Below are positions 47,092-55,586 of a stretch of 56,264 nucleotides of DNA, piece after piece; the first letter of the stretch is position 1, and every line of letters starts with the position of its first letter. The position numbers were made by a program, and so were the translations under genes. The DNA comes from a virus (lineage: Duplodnaviria > Caudoviricetes), in IMG/VR virus record IMGVR_UViG_3300047455_000186, positions 1 to 56,264 of that record. One strand, written 5' to 3'. The notes below the pieces were generated by a model that searched no databases, was not told the origin of the DNA, and saw nothing but the letters and a program-made list of their open reading frames with translations.

Positions 47092-47507
47092 TCTTTTTGA
47101 TTTTGTGGTTTGTACAATGTTACATTAGGGAATTGACTCATAACTAATCTTTTAAACAACTTCCAACGCATTGGGAAAGATTCATTAGCTCTGCCTTTTG
47201 TTTCAATTATAAAATCTTCGCCAATAAAATCAGGTGTGTACTTAATAGGTAATATGCGTTTGCATCCTCTGTTCTTATAATCTCCTTTGCCATTAGCTTG
47301 CCTTTCATACACTTCATTATCAAAATGAAAACCAGCAAGCAAAACAAATGTTTCACCTTCGTATTTGGCTTTAACTTTTGCTTTTTTTAAGGCCATATAC
47401 ATATAACGCTCAAGACCTGAAGCAAAGTTGATACCATCATATGATACCTTCTTTGCTTGTACCGGGCCACGCTTTTTGCTTTTTCTTTTATAGGGTTGTC
47501 TCCTCAT
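47046..47507 (-). CDS. T7 endonuclease I-like Holliday junction resolvase
   Basis: FASGLE...YTPDF...IIETKG PD-(D/E)xK signature. Confidence 0.85.
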   Translation of the reverse strand: MRRQPYKRKSKKRGPVQAKKVSYDGINFASGLERYMYMALKKAKVKAKYEGETFVLLAGFHFDNEVYERQANGKGDYKNRGCKRILPIKYTPDFIGEDFIIETKGRANESFPMRWKLFKRLVMSQFPNVTLYKPQNQKECDETISIILSKRNG

Positions 47508-47751
47508 GGATTTCTATATTTCTTAATAATGCTTCCTGCATTTCTTCCGTGCTTGATTCTTTTAATTTTTGCATGTATAGCACAGCATCCATTAATTCTT
47601 CTTGCAAGTGATTAATCCAAGCAAACAAATTTGATTTGTCATCGTTAAGCGTTACGCCGTACTTTGCAAAGCCTACGTCTGATCTTGATACAAATTTATT
47701 TACAACACGTTCTACAACGGGATCTCTAAACTCTATTTCTTTTTTAGTCAT
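47488..47751 (-). CDS. Small all-alpha NTP-pyrophosphatase-like protein
   Basis: 'RS.VG.AKYGVTL...HLQEELMDAVLY' with EExxD motif. Confidence 0.6.
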   Translation of the reverse strand: MTKKEIEFRDPVVERVVNKFVSRSDVGFAKYGVTLNDDKSNLFAWINHLQEELMDAVLYMQKLKESSTEEMQEALLRNIEIHEETTL

Positions 47752-48569
47752 AACATTTCTTTTAATAAATCAGTAGCTTGGTCAGCAGTTATTCCTGTTT
47801 TAACAAATGTACCATTGTGCATTACGCCAGTTCTATTTGCTATTTCAACATAAGCGCCATCAATACAGTCTTCTATATTGTAACCCTCTTGAAAAGCTAA
47901 ATTAGTTAATACAACAACCATATCACCTATAGCGTCTTGTATTTCAGGCTTGTCATTGACAAGTAACGCAGCTGCCAGCTCGCCAGCTTCTTCTATAAGT
48001 TTAACATATTGCGTATGTGAATTGCCATTTTCATATATACCTCTTTCAGCAGCCCACGATCGTATTAAATCGAATCTTTCGCAGCCCGTGTCGTTGCTTA
48101 TACATTTTTCTTTTGGAGTATGCTCTAGATTAAAAAAGGCCTCATAGAAAGCCTTATTGTAAATATAGCTTCGATCATCATTGTACATCGAGGTTCTTGC
48201 ATTTTGCATTATCCAGGTTATATGTTCTTTTTTTAGTTTAAACTTATAATCTGGAGTTTCCCATTCTAATCCTATGTTATCCATAAGATTTCCTTTAAGC
48301 TTATTTATAGGAACAGGGAATGTTGTTGTTTGTTCTGTTGGATTTACTCTCATATTTGATTTAAATAAATTTTTATATAATGTTCTGTCTTTTCTGTAGC
48401 CATAAGACTGTTGAAGTTCTATCTCTTTGTTAGATATTAAATTAATATCATCACTTGTAAATAAAACTTCGTATTCGCCTGGCGCATAACCTTGTTGCTC
48501 CGTAACTCTCTTATTAAGATTACGTGTAACTCCGATTTTTTTACCAGGAATGTGATAAATGTTGTACAT
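47748..48569 (-). CDS. MazG-like NTP pyrophosphohydrolase with N-terminal GIY-YIG-like domain
   Basis: C-terminal KLIEEAGEL...DAIGDMVVVL; N-terminal IYHIPGKKIGVTRNLNKR; likely start at 48569. Confidence 0.75.
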   Translation of the reverse strand: MYNIYHIPGKKIGVTRNLNKRVTEQQGYAPGEYEVLFTSDDINLISNKEIELQQSYGYRKDRTLYKNLFKSNMRVNPTEQTTTFPVPINKLKGNLMDNIGLEWETPDYKFKLKKEHITWIMQNARTSMYNDDRSYIYNKAFYEAFFNLEHTPKEKCISNDTGCERFDLIRSWAAERGIYENGNSHTQYVKLIEEAGELAAALLVNDKPEIQDAIGDMVVVLTNLAFQEGYNIEDCIDGAYVEIANRTGVMHNGTFVKTGITADQATDLLKEML

Positions 48570-48576
48570 ATTTTTG

Positions 48577-49398
48577 TTAGTTACCAACACTTAAATCTGC
48601 TTTTATTGCAGGTAAAGGATTGTATTTAATTAGTTTAATATCTTCGGCCTCTGGAATATATAAGTGATTGTTATTGTTAAACAAACCTTTGCGTAATTCT
48701 AATTTAGGCAATACTCTTTTTGGTCTATCTAAATATACTTTAGCTTGTTCTAAATGATTATTATATAAATGGCAATCGCCAAGTTGACCAATAAGTTTAC
48801 CAGCTTTTAAGTTAGCTCCTTTAGCTAACATTTCCAGTAGTAAACCGTACATTGTAATATCGTATGGTAAACCTAAAAATACATCAGCTGATCTTTGCTG
48901 CCACATAAGATCTATAACACCATTGTTTATATAAACTTGAAAAGCATAATGGCAAGGAGGCAATACCATATCATTCATCTCGTGTGGAGCCCATGCGCTA
49001 ACCATAAGACGTCTAGAGTCTGGATTAGTATTGATGCTATACACAAGATTTTTAAGCTGATCTACGCCATTAAAATCACGCCATTGTTTTCCATATACAG
49101 GGCCAAGAGTTTCATCTGTTCTGCCTGAGCGTTCATAATCTGGTCTCCAGTATTTAACACCGTTATCTTCTAAATACTTAAGATCAGTTCTACCCTGTAA
49201 TATCCAAAGCAATTCTGTTCTTGCCGCATTAAAACTTATTCTTTTTCCTGTAAGTATAGGGAACCCAAGTGACATATCATGCTTAATCGTTCTTCCGAAG
49301 ACAGACTTCGTCCCAGTCCCTGTTCTATCCGCCTTGTCAGATCCTCCGTAGAGAATTCCTGCCATAAGTCCTCTATATTCATTTTCTATATTTATCAT
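48577..49398 (-). CDS. thyA: Thymidylate synthase
   Basis: DRTGTGT, LGPVYGKQWR, DSRR, LPPCH, QRSADVFLGLP and HLYNNH. Confidence 0.97.
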   Translation of the reverse strand: MINIENEYRGLMAGILYGGSDKADRTGTGTKSVFGRTIKHDMSLGFPILTGKRISFNAARTELLWILQGRTDLKYLEDNGVKYWRPDYERSGRTDETLGPVYGKQWRDFNGVDQLKNLVYSINTNPDSRRLMVSAWAPHEMNDMVLPPCHYAFQVYINNGVIDLMWQQRSADVFLGLPYDITMYGLLLEMLAKGANLKAGKLIGQLGDCHLYNNHLEQAKVYLDRPKRVLPKLELRKGLFNNNNHLYIPEAEDIKLIKYNPLPAIKADLSVGN

Positions 49399-49654
49399 AA
49401 TAATATTTACACATTTTGTAGTATTCTACCCATATTGTTTTTCTACAATACTTGCTTGGCGATATATTTGGTTTTTCCCATTTTTGATATGGGCCTAAGC
49501 TAATAGCTATATGCCAGTGATCAGTATCGTTTTGTATACCATAAGGCGATATTCTTATGTTGTTTTTAACGCAATATCTATATGCTTTCCATTCTACGTC
49601 GCTAGCTGTATAAGGAGGCATTGGTTTCGCCCGTTTGCCATATAAACTTGGCAT
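49379..49654 (-). CDS. Hypothetical protein
   Basis: 91 aa, coupled between the primase-helicase and thyA genes. Confidence 0.65.
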   Translation of the reverse strand: MPSLYGKRAKPMPPYTASDVEWKAYRYCVKNNIRISPYGIQNDTDHWHIAISLGPYQKWEKPNISPSKYCRKTIWVEYYKMCKYYYDKYRK

Positions 49655-51375
49655 TATTCCCAGGGCATTTTCTCGCCAGCAAGATTAACTTGCTCGTGAG
49701 GAATAAAACAACCGGACTTTGGTTCCCATTTAAAATGAGCTTCAGCTCCATTCTCGCCTAAGTTTTGAAACTTAACTTTAAGTACTTTAGCCTTAACAGT
49801 TTTAGCTTCATAATCTCTGTGAACTAATAACCCATGATAACTAGCATCGTACCATTCACCGCCACCTTTAATATTATACATTGACGGCTCTTCAATTTTG
49901 CCATTGCCATCTTTGTACATCTTAGTTGGGTGCGCTACAATAAAAACTAGCACATCATACTTCTTAGCAAAGATTTCAATCTTAGTTAAGTATTCCATAG
50001 TATAACGATTAACGTCTTCTGTTTTACAATCAACGTCTCTAACCTTATTATATGGATCAATAACCAAACATTTAATACCTTTACGTTTAACAAGCTCAGC
50101 ACCTTTCTTCAATACAGATTCTAACGTGTAGCGTTCCATATCTATATGGAAGTAATTAGTATTACAATGATCTGCTACTTGATTCCATCGATCAGTACCA
50201 ATATCATCTCTACTCGGCATGCCTTGCCAAGTTTTACGCATTAGCTTATGAGCGTGTAAATATGTTGGAACATTTTCTGGCGAAGCGAATGCCGTTTTCC
50301 AACCGTAATTAGCGTTATACCCAACAACCATTTGGTCGACAAAGTCACTCTTCCCGGAGCTAGGGATACCAGTGACAGTAATAAATTGACCAGTGTAAGT
50401 TGAGAATATGTCATCAAAATTTTGTAAGCCAATTTGGAATCCTGGTTTAAAGCCATTACGAACAAAGTCGGTAACTTCGTCTTCAATATCCCTGAACGTT
50501 GTAACATTCTCCAGCGGTACTGGCTTGCTTCGCGAAATACGCTCTGCCAATTTTTCTTTTCCATGCTTTATTAAATATTCGTTAGCGTCTTTGCAATCAT
50601 CAAATGTCGCTATATAACATACCTCAGAGCCTAATCTACGTATTAACTCTGTTTGCAAGGCTTGACCAGCTTCGTCTGAATCTACGGCCAATATAACCTT
50701 CTCTTTGTCTTCGAAATAATCTATACAATTGTCTAAGTAATCTAAGTTGTTAGTATTAAGTGTTGCGCCATTAGGAACAGATATTGCATTTGTTATACCA
50801 GCTTCATGTAACGCTAAGACGTCCATTTCACCTTCAACAATAATACAATATTCCCACCCTACAATGCTATCTATATTGTAGAATACTTTTTCAGCACCCT
50901 TATATAATTTAAAGTTCTTTCTTCCATCACGGTATTTAACATTAGTTAATTCGCCGCCCATAAAATAATTGAACTTTATTACATTCTCGGTTTTACCGGT
51001 CTGAGGCATATATTCAGGGCCCTCCTCAATCTTTAGATCGAAGAGAGTTTCCTGAGATATACCACGAGTTTTAAACCATTCAATTACTTTATCACTTACA
51101 AATTCAGGCCTATCTGGATCTGTTTTAATTTCAGGCTTAACATATATTTTTTCAGCTTTGCCTTTACGTTGATAAGTATGCAATTGAAATGATTTATTAC
51201 AATTATGACAAGTACCGAGACCCCGTTCCCAATCGTAAGAAGCGCATTTTGCTTTTTGATTCTTGGGTTTTCTATCGTGGGAGCACACAGGACATATGCC
51301 CTGCGCCTTACCCTCTTCAAGCTTATGTATATTGAACTGGTCAATAACAAATCCATTGATCTCTGTTGTCTGCAT
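49654..51375 (-). CDS. Primase-helicase (T7 gp4 / Twinkle-like)
   Basis: Zn finger CPVC...CHNC; TOPRIM EGEMD and DSDEAG; Walker A GIPSSGKS; LVIDP and AHP helicase motifs. Confidence 0.95.
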   Translation of the reverse strand: MQTTEINGFVIDQFNIHKLEEGKAQGICPVCSHDRKPKNQKAKCASYDWERGLGTCHNCNKSFQLHTYQRKGKAEKIYVKPEIKTDPDRPEFVSDKVIEWFKTRGISQETLFDLKIEEGPEYMPQTGKTENVIKFNYFMGGELTNVKYRDGRKNFKLYKGAEKVFYNIDSIVGWEYCIIVEGEMDVLALHEAGITNAISVPNGATLNTNNLDYLDNCIDYFEDKEKVILAVDSDEAGQALQTELIRRLGSEVCYIATFDDCKDANEYLIKHGKEKLAERISRSKPVPLENVTTFRDIEDEVTDFVRNGFKPGFQIGLQNFDDIFSTYTGQFITVTGIPSSGKSDFVDQMVVGYNANYGWKTAFASPENVPTYLHAHKLMRKTWQGMPSRDDIGTDRWNQVADHCNTNYFHIDMERYTLESVLKKGAELVKRKGIKCLVIDPYNKVRDVDCKTEDVNRYTMEYLTKIEIFAKKYDVLVFIVAHPTKMYKDGNGKIEEPSMYNIKGGGEWYDASYHGLLVHRDYEAKTVKAKVLKVKFQNLGENGAEAHFKWEPKSGCFIPHEQVNLAGEKMPWE

Positions 51376-51384
51376 TTAATTTAA

Positions 51385-51468
51385 TTAATCTTCTATTAGT
51401 GTTACATTACCATTACTGTCTTTAGTTATACTAATGTAATCGTTTTCGTCTACCATTCTTCTCTGCAT
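51385..51468 (-). CDS. 27-aa hypothetical microprotein
   Basis: MQRRMVDENDYISITKDSNGNVTLIED; fills the gap before the primase gene. Confidence 0.35.
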   Translation of the reverse strand: MQRRMVDENDYISITKDSNGNVTLIED

Positions 51469-51542
51469 TTGGGACATATGTCGCAGAAGTCATGCTCCTC
51501 TTCGGACATTTCTTCCATACATATCTCGCATGTGTATAGCAT
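51450..51542 (-). CDS. 30-aa zinc-finger microprotein (not in ORF track)
   Basis: MLYTCEICMEEMSEEEHDFCDICPKCREEW; CxxC...CxxC; start overlaps the SSB stop. Confidence 0.6.
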   Translation of the reverse strand: MLYTCEICMEEMSEEEHDFCDICPKCREEW

Positions 51543-51856
51543 TAAAAAGGTAGATCATCTGCAGGTGCCGCTTGCCCCACTGGAGCAGCTTGCATTGGCT
51601 GGTCTTGTCTTGGTGCGGCGGCAACGTTATCGCCGTTAGTCCAAACAACTTGAACATTACCTAAGTAAATTTTCTTTTGTTTAGCTTCGCGCTCCTCTTT
51701 TGATTGTGCCACAACTATCGGACCTTGATTATTGAATTGATCAAGCTCGTCATTAATAGTAATTGTTACAGGTAAATACTTACCCTTCTTACCAGTAATG
51801 ATTTTGTCTGCCGGTATTTCCGATAAATTGATACTCGCTTTAATTATACTTGCCAT
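51542..51856 (-). CDS. Single-stranded DNA-binding protein
   Basis: OB-like N-terminus, P/A/Q linker and acidic DDLPF tail. Confidence 0.75.
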   Translation of the reverse strand: MASIIKASINLSEIPADKIITGKKGKYLPVTITINDELDQFNNQGPIVVAQSKEEREAKQKKIYLGNVQVVWTNGDNVAAAPRQDQPMQAAPVGQAAPADDLPF

Positions 51857-52035
51857 TATGTATATTGATTTAACTGATTAAACATTCTTTGCAACTGATC
51901 TTTTGTTGCGCCGCTATTCCGCCTTAAGTTATCTACGGCTTTTACATGGTTCTGGTTGGTGTAAAAATTATTTACACTTGTTTCCATTCCTGTTACTGTG
52001 CATACTTTTGTTTGGTTTTTTCTGGTTCTTGCCAT
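51856..52035 (-). CDS. 59-aa hypothetical protein (not in ORF track)
   Basis: MARTRKNQTKVCTVTGMETSVNNFY...NQYT; fills the gap, and its stop overlaps the SSB start. Confidence 0.6.
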   Translation of the reverse strand: MARTRKNQTKVCTVTGMETSVNNFYTNQNHVKAVDNLRRNSGATKDQLQRMFNQLNQYT

Positions 52036-52037
52036 TT

Positions 52038-52769
52038 TTAAAGGGTTTTATTAATAAAATGATTTGTTGGATCGAAGTCCGGGTTTTGGTAAAACAATTT
52101 ATATTGTTCTGCCGCTTGTTGAACTTTGTCTGCACCTCTTGAATAAAATTCAGGAGAGCAATCAAATATTCCTATTTGGTGTGTATTCTTGTCTATAACT
52201 ATAAACAACATTTCGTAGCCAAATAGTTTACTATAAATGTAAGCTTGCGAGTCGTAATTATACTTTGAGGCGGACCAGCGAAACTTTTCAATGTCACCCG
52301 TCGTTTTCAGATCAATAACTAATCCTTCTTCGTGGTTAACAATATCCGCTTTGCCTTTCCATTGTAATCCTTCTAACTCTGTAATTCCAGGCTGTTCATA
52401 TATTACATCTTTGCCACGAATCAAACCACGACAGACATCGTTCTCCAACATTATGTCTGTCATTAATTCTATTTGATCCACTTCTTTTTGTAATAAACAC
52501 AGCTCACCACCTGAAATCTCTTTATACGCTTTAGTATTCCGTGTTGAACTTTCCACTATCTTATACTTCTTAAGCTTGTCCGGCTCTAGTATTGCAGTGT
52601 GAAAGTAACCGCCAACCAAAAATGCAGATGACGGTTTTAATGGAGTGCCAAGCGCTAAAGGGTTTGTAAGTAAGGTGCTAATGTCGCTATTAGACAAGTA
52701 TTGTTTACCAAACTTGCCATAATAGTTTTCATCGTCTCTTAACTTTTCAATAGCTGCTTTGTTTTTCAT
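52038..52769 (-). CDS. RecE / exonuclease VIII-like PD-(D/E)xK nuclease
   Basis: LSNS...G.YFHTAILEP...KGKADI...IDLKTT...YDSQAYIY. Confidence 0.85.
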   Translation of the reverse strand: MKNKAAIEKLRDDENYYGKFGKQYLSNSDISTLLTNPLALGTPLKPSSAFLVGGYFHTAILEPDKLKKYKIVESSTRNTKAYKEISGGELCLLQKEVDQIELMTDIMLENDVCRGLIRGKDVIYEQPGITELEGLQWKGKADIVNHEEGLVIDLKTTGDIEKFRWSASKYNYDSQAYIYSKLFGYEMLFIVIDKNTHQIGIFDCSPEFYSRGADKVQQAAEQYKLFYQNPDFDPTNHFINKTL

Positions 52770-53306
52770 TTAAAGTGTTGTTAACGCTTTTTCAACTTCA
52801 GCGCTTAGTTTGTACTTCTTTTTAATTGCATCAAGCTTTCCGCCTTTTTGCACATAATCCTTTGCTTTAGCAAATGCTGGATCTTTAGTTGATGTTAATG
52901 TTGCACCCGCGCCTTTGCCGTGGTTATTAGTAGCATCGCTATCTTGGGTGTCATCTATTAGGAATAAATTACCTAACGCATACTTCTTTCCATAACTCGA
53001 CGCACTACCAAACTGCTGAGGTGTTTGCATACCTTTTTGATTAATGTCGACACCAACTAAAGCCGTAGCGTGTATAGCATTTTCGCCATCAGATACAGTT
53101 GCCGTTGTTTGCATTATAGGCATATTGTGGTTGTCGATTAGTTCTTCATTAATCGTTACTGATACTCCTAACTCTAATAGAAAGGGTTTTGTTGCTTCGA
53201 GAATGTCTTCGGCTGATCTGAAGTAGTATTTGCCGAATGAATTAAATCTTGATTTTTTAGATTTAAATTTTGTCTGGATCGTTGCCAGTTTTTCATTTAT
53301 GGTCAT
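52770..53306 (-). CDS. ERF-family ssDNA annealing protein
   Basis: 'NSFGKYYFRSAEDI' and 'QQFGSASSYGKKYAL..LF.I.D..D.D'. Confidence 0.88.
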   Translation of the reverse strand: MTINEKLATIQTKFKSKKSRFNSFGKYYFRSAEDILEATKPFLLELGVSVTINEELIDNHNMPIMQTTATVSDGENAIHATALVGVDINQKGMQTPQQFGSASSYGKKYALGNLFLIDDTQDSDATNNHGKGAGATLTSTKDPAFAKAKDYVQKGGKLDAIKKKYKLSAEVEKALTTL

Positions 53307-53323
53307 AGGGTTTTCTTATTTGG

Positions 53324-53342
53324 TATATTAATATAATTACAC
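53324..53342 (-). promoter_or_regulatory. Candidate phage promoter GTAAT-N8-TATA (copy 3)
   Basis: Minus strand GTGTAATTATATTAATATA, between the sigma gene and the replication genes. Confidence 0.45.
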
Positions 53343-53369
53343 ATTTTTATTTGTATTTAAGTTCATAAC

Positions 53370-54122
53370 TTACAGATAATCAATCACTTGGTTTGCGTCA
53401 GTGTTAGCGATAAGTTTATTTATAGCCTCCCTTTTTATCTGTGAAACACGTACATTTGCAGTGTTTACATTTATATTTAATTTGCCCGCTATATAATTAG
53501 CGGAGTGCTTGTCGCAATCCAAACCATATGATAATCTCAATACTTCATATTCAATACCTGTTAAGTGTTGTTTCATTAAACTTAACAAATAAGCATTGAG
53601 TAAATTTATATTGTATGGCTCAGAATTATCTGGTATTTGAAACAATGGGTTTTCTTCCTCTGTATTATAATTGGCATCTATACTAGAGAATATAGAATTA
53701 AAAAACATAGTAACGATTTTTTCGTCTTTAGGATTTTTACGTATTTCATTTAACTTGTGTTCAGGAATACGTATATCGCCCCGGTTAATATCAATTGCAC
53801 GTCTTATAGCCCCTTTAATTCTTTTGCTAAAAAAGCTTTTTAAAGTTTTTTCAATATCTTCAGAATCAATGAGCTTATCCCATTCTAATTTATCTACCGC
53901 TAACGTTAAACCCTTGTTGCCCTCTTGTATTAAATCATTTATACTTAATACACCAGAGGCTTGGTCAGAGGTCGCAAACTTACGGGCTAAGTTTTCCACA
54001 AGAGGCATGAACTTTATAATCATTTCATTTCTTGTGTAGTAATCATAAAACTTATTTTCAGGCATAGACCGTTTAAGATCTTCTTTGTACCTTATATAGT
54101 TTTGTACATTGTACTTTTTCAT
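53370..54122 (-). CDS. Phage sigma70-family RNA polymerase sigma factor
   Basis: Region 2 'LVENLARKF...DLIQEG..GL..AVDK...IKGAIRRAI', then IRIP, and region 4 'VLRLSYGL...RVSQIKREAINKL'. Confidence 0.9.
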   Translation of the reverse strand: MKKYNVQNYIRYKEDLKRSMPENKFYDYYTRNEMIIKFMPLVENLARKFATSDQASGVLSINDLIQEGNKGLTLAVDKLEWDKLIDSEDIEKTLKSFFSKRIKGAIRRAIDINRGDIRIPEHKLNEIRKNPKDEKIVTMFFNSIFSSIDANYNTEEENPLFQIPDNSEPYNINLLNAYLLSLMKQHLTGIEYEVLRLSYGLDCDKHSANYIAGKLNINVNTANVRVSQIKREAINKLIANTDANQVIDYL

Positions 54123-54739
54123 AGTTGTTGATTAAGTAATTCTTTTTCTTTTTTAAGTTCGTTACTCATATTACGATATATAGTTCTTGTAGAACACTTA
54201 AGCGCGTCAGCAAGTCTTGCAACTGTTATTTTAATTTGACTATCATTTGTAAGTAGCATTGCATCATATATTTCGCTTTCAGATATTTTAGATCTACCAA
54301 CCAACTTGCCTACTATAGATAGCTTTTGTCGCATATCTAAGCCAGTAAAATCTTTGAATATAACTTTACGTAGTTTATTAGGCGGCGGTGTATCTAATTC
54401 CATTAATGAAACATCGTATATCATGCTTTCTCTAAGCTGATCTGAAACATTGAATGTTACAAACCCTGTGCGCTTATTACATATGTATTTAACAAGCCCT
54501 GCAAAGGCTTCTTGATCCAGTTGAGGATTAAGATACCATAACACATACAAATGCCATTTAAGGCTCTTATAGGTGTTTATTTTAGCCCGTGAATTAAAGA
54601 GTGTATAGCATTGATGCGTGCCACTCTCGTAATACCAGCCCCAGTCAAACGATTCGGTTGGTTCATCTGTTGTTGGATTTTGCCGGTATATAATACGATG
54701 CTGGTTTAGGTATTTGGTATTTCGGTCGTAGTATGACAT
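54119..54739 (-). CDS. Protein with C-terminal helix-turn-helix, possibly replication initiator or regulator
   Basis: C-terminal 'TVARLADALKCSTRTIYRNM' HTH. Confidence 0.65.
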   Translation of the reverse strand: MSYYDRNTKYLNQHRIIYRQNPTTDEPTESFDWGWYYESGTHQCYTLFNSRAKINTYKSLKWHLYVLWYLNPQLDQEAFAGLVKYICNKRTGFVTFNVSDQLRESMIYDVSLMELDTPPPNKLRKVIFKDFTGLDMRQKLSIVGKLVGRSKISESEIYDAMLLTNDSQIKITVARLADALKCSTRTIYRNMSNELKKEKELLNQQL

Positions 54740-54778
54740 TAGGTTCTTACTATTAATTATATATTAGCTATCGTCGCA

Positions 54779-55000
54779 CTAGTAGATTAAAATCTTTAAT
54801 CTTCTGTTGTACTTCTTTAAAAGCTTTGCTTTATTTTCTATATTGCCACCAAAAATAGTTATGTTTTTATTAAAACTATATTCGCTTTGAAAAGCTGCTT
54901 TCACTATCTCGTTATGCAAGATAGATATTCTATTTTCTAGAAACCTTACGTGTTCCGCTTTTCTTCGTTGCCTTTTTAATTTTTGTATTAATGTTCGCAT
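54779..55000 (-). CDS. Hypothetical basic protein
   Basis: 73 aa ORF within the minus-strand gene run. Confidence 0.55.
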   Translation of the reverse strand: MRTLIQKLKRQRRKAEHVRFLENRISILHNEIVKAAFQSEYSFNKNITIFGGNIENKAKLLKKYNRRLKILIY

Positions 55001-55479
55001 AATTCGTTGATATAATGTGGTCGTATAATTTTTTGCTCATTTTTATTTTTTACTTTATGTTTATCTTGTTCATAATAATTCCAGTATGCAGCTAAGCTAC
55101 TAGGCTCTTTGTATTCGTCAGGCATACATTGAGGTGGTTGGATAAATCCATTATCGGGCATACCTGAAGGCGGGTACATTAAAGCTTCACGACACTTAGC
55201 AATACTAAGGTGATGCTTATTGTATCTAGCTGTATACTCTTTACCTAGTGCAAGCATGTGATCGTACAGCCAATTGTAGTGGTGTATGCTATCACGTACC
55301 CATATAGTACTTGGATGATTAAGGTGTGCTTTCTTGTATGGCACGTTGTCGCCGTTGTTGTATACATGATGTGCAGTGCATAACATTTGCGCCGACTCCA
55401 GAATCATTTTAACCTTATGCTTGTCGTAAAAGAAGCTAGCTGCTTTAGCTGGGTCTGGGTGTAAATAAAATATATTCAT
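54988..55479 (-). CDS. Pyrimidine-dimer DNA glycosylase (DenV)-like protein
   Basis: MNIFYL...DKH..KMILESAQML...HLNHPSTIW...EY..RY.K.H...PQCMP. Confidence 0.7.
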   Translation of the reverse strand: MNIFYLHPDPAKAASFFYDKHKVKMILESAQMLCTAHHVYNNGDNVPYKKAHLNHPSTIWVRDSIHHYNWLYDHMLALGKEYTARYNKHHLSIAKCREALMYPPSGMPDNGFIQPPQCMPDEYKEPSSLAAYWNYYEQDKHKVKNKNEQKIIRPHYINELCEH

Positions 55480-55586
55480 TAAAACCTTTTGTTGTTAACT
55501 CTATTATAATGTTTGTCTAATAATAGGTGAGCGACTTCCTCGCTTATCATATTTTCGTTGTATAGTTGCCATATTAATTTACTCAT
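55479..55586 (-). CDS. 35-aa hypothetical protein (not in ORF track)
   Basis: MSKLIWQLYNENMISEEVAHLLLDKHYNRVNNKRF; overlaps both neighbours. Confidence 0.5.
   Translation of the reverse strand: MSKLIWQLYNENMISEEVAHLLLDKHYNRVNNKRF

Noticed and set aside
48577-49398. ThyA as a base-modifying hydroxymethylase
   Set aside because: The motifs are mostly canonical ThyA and no glycosyltransferase or modification cluster is nearby. The usual PFN motif reads PYD here, which in this family can indicate dCMP specificity, so the rejection is tentative and deserves a phylogenetic check.
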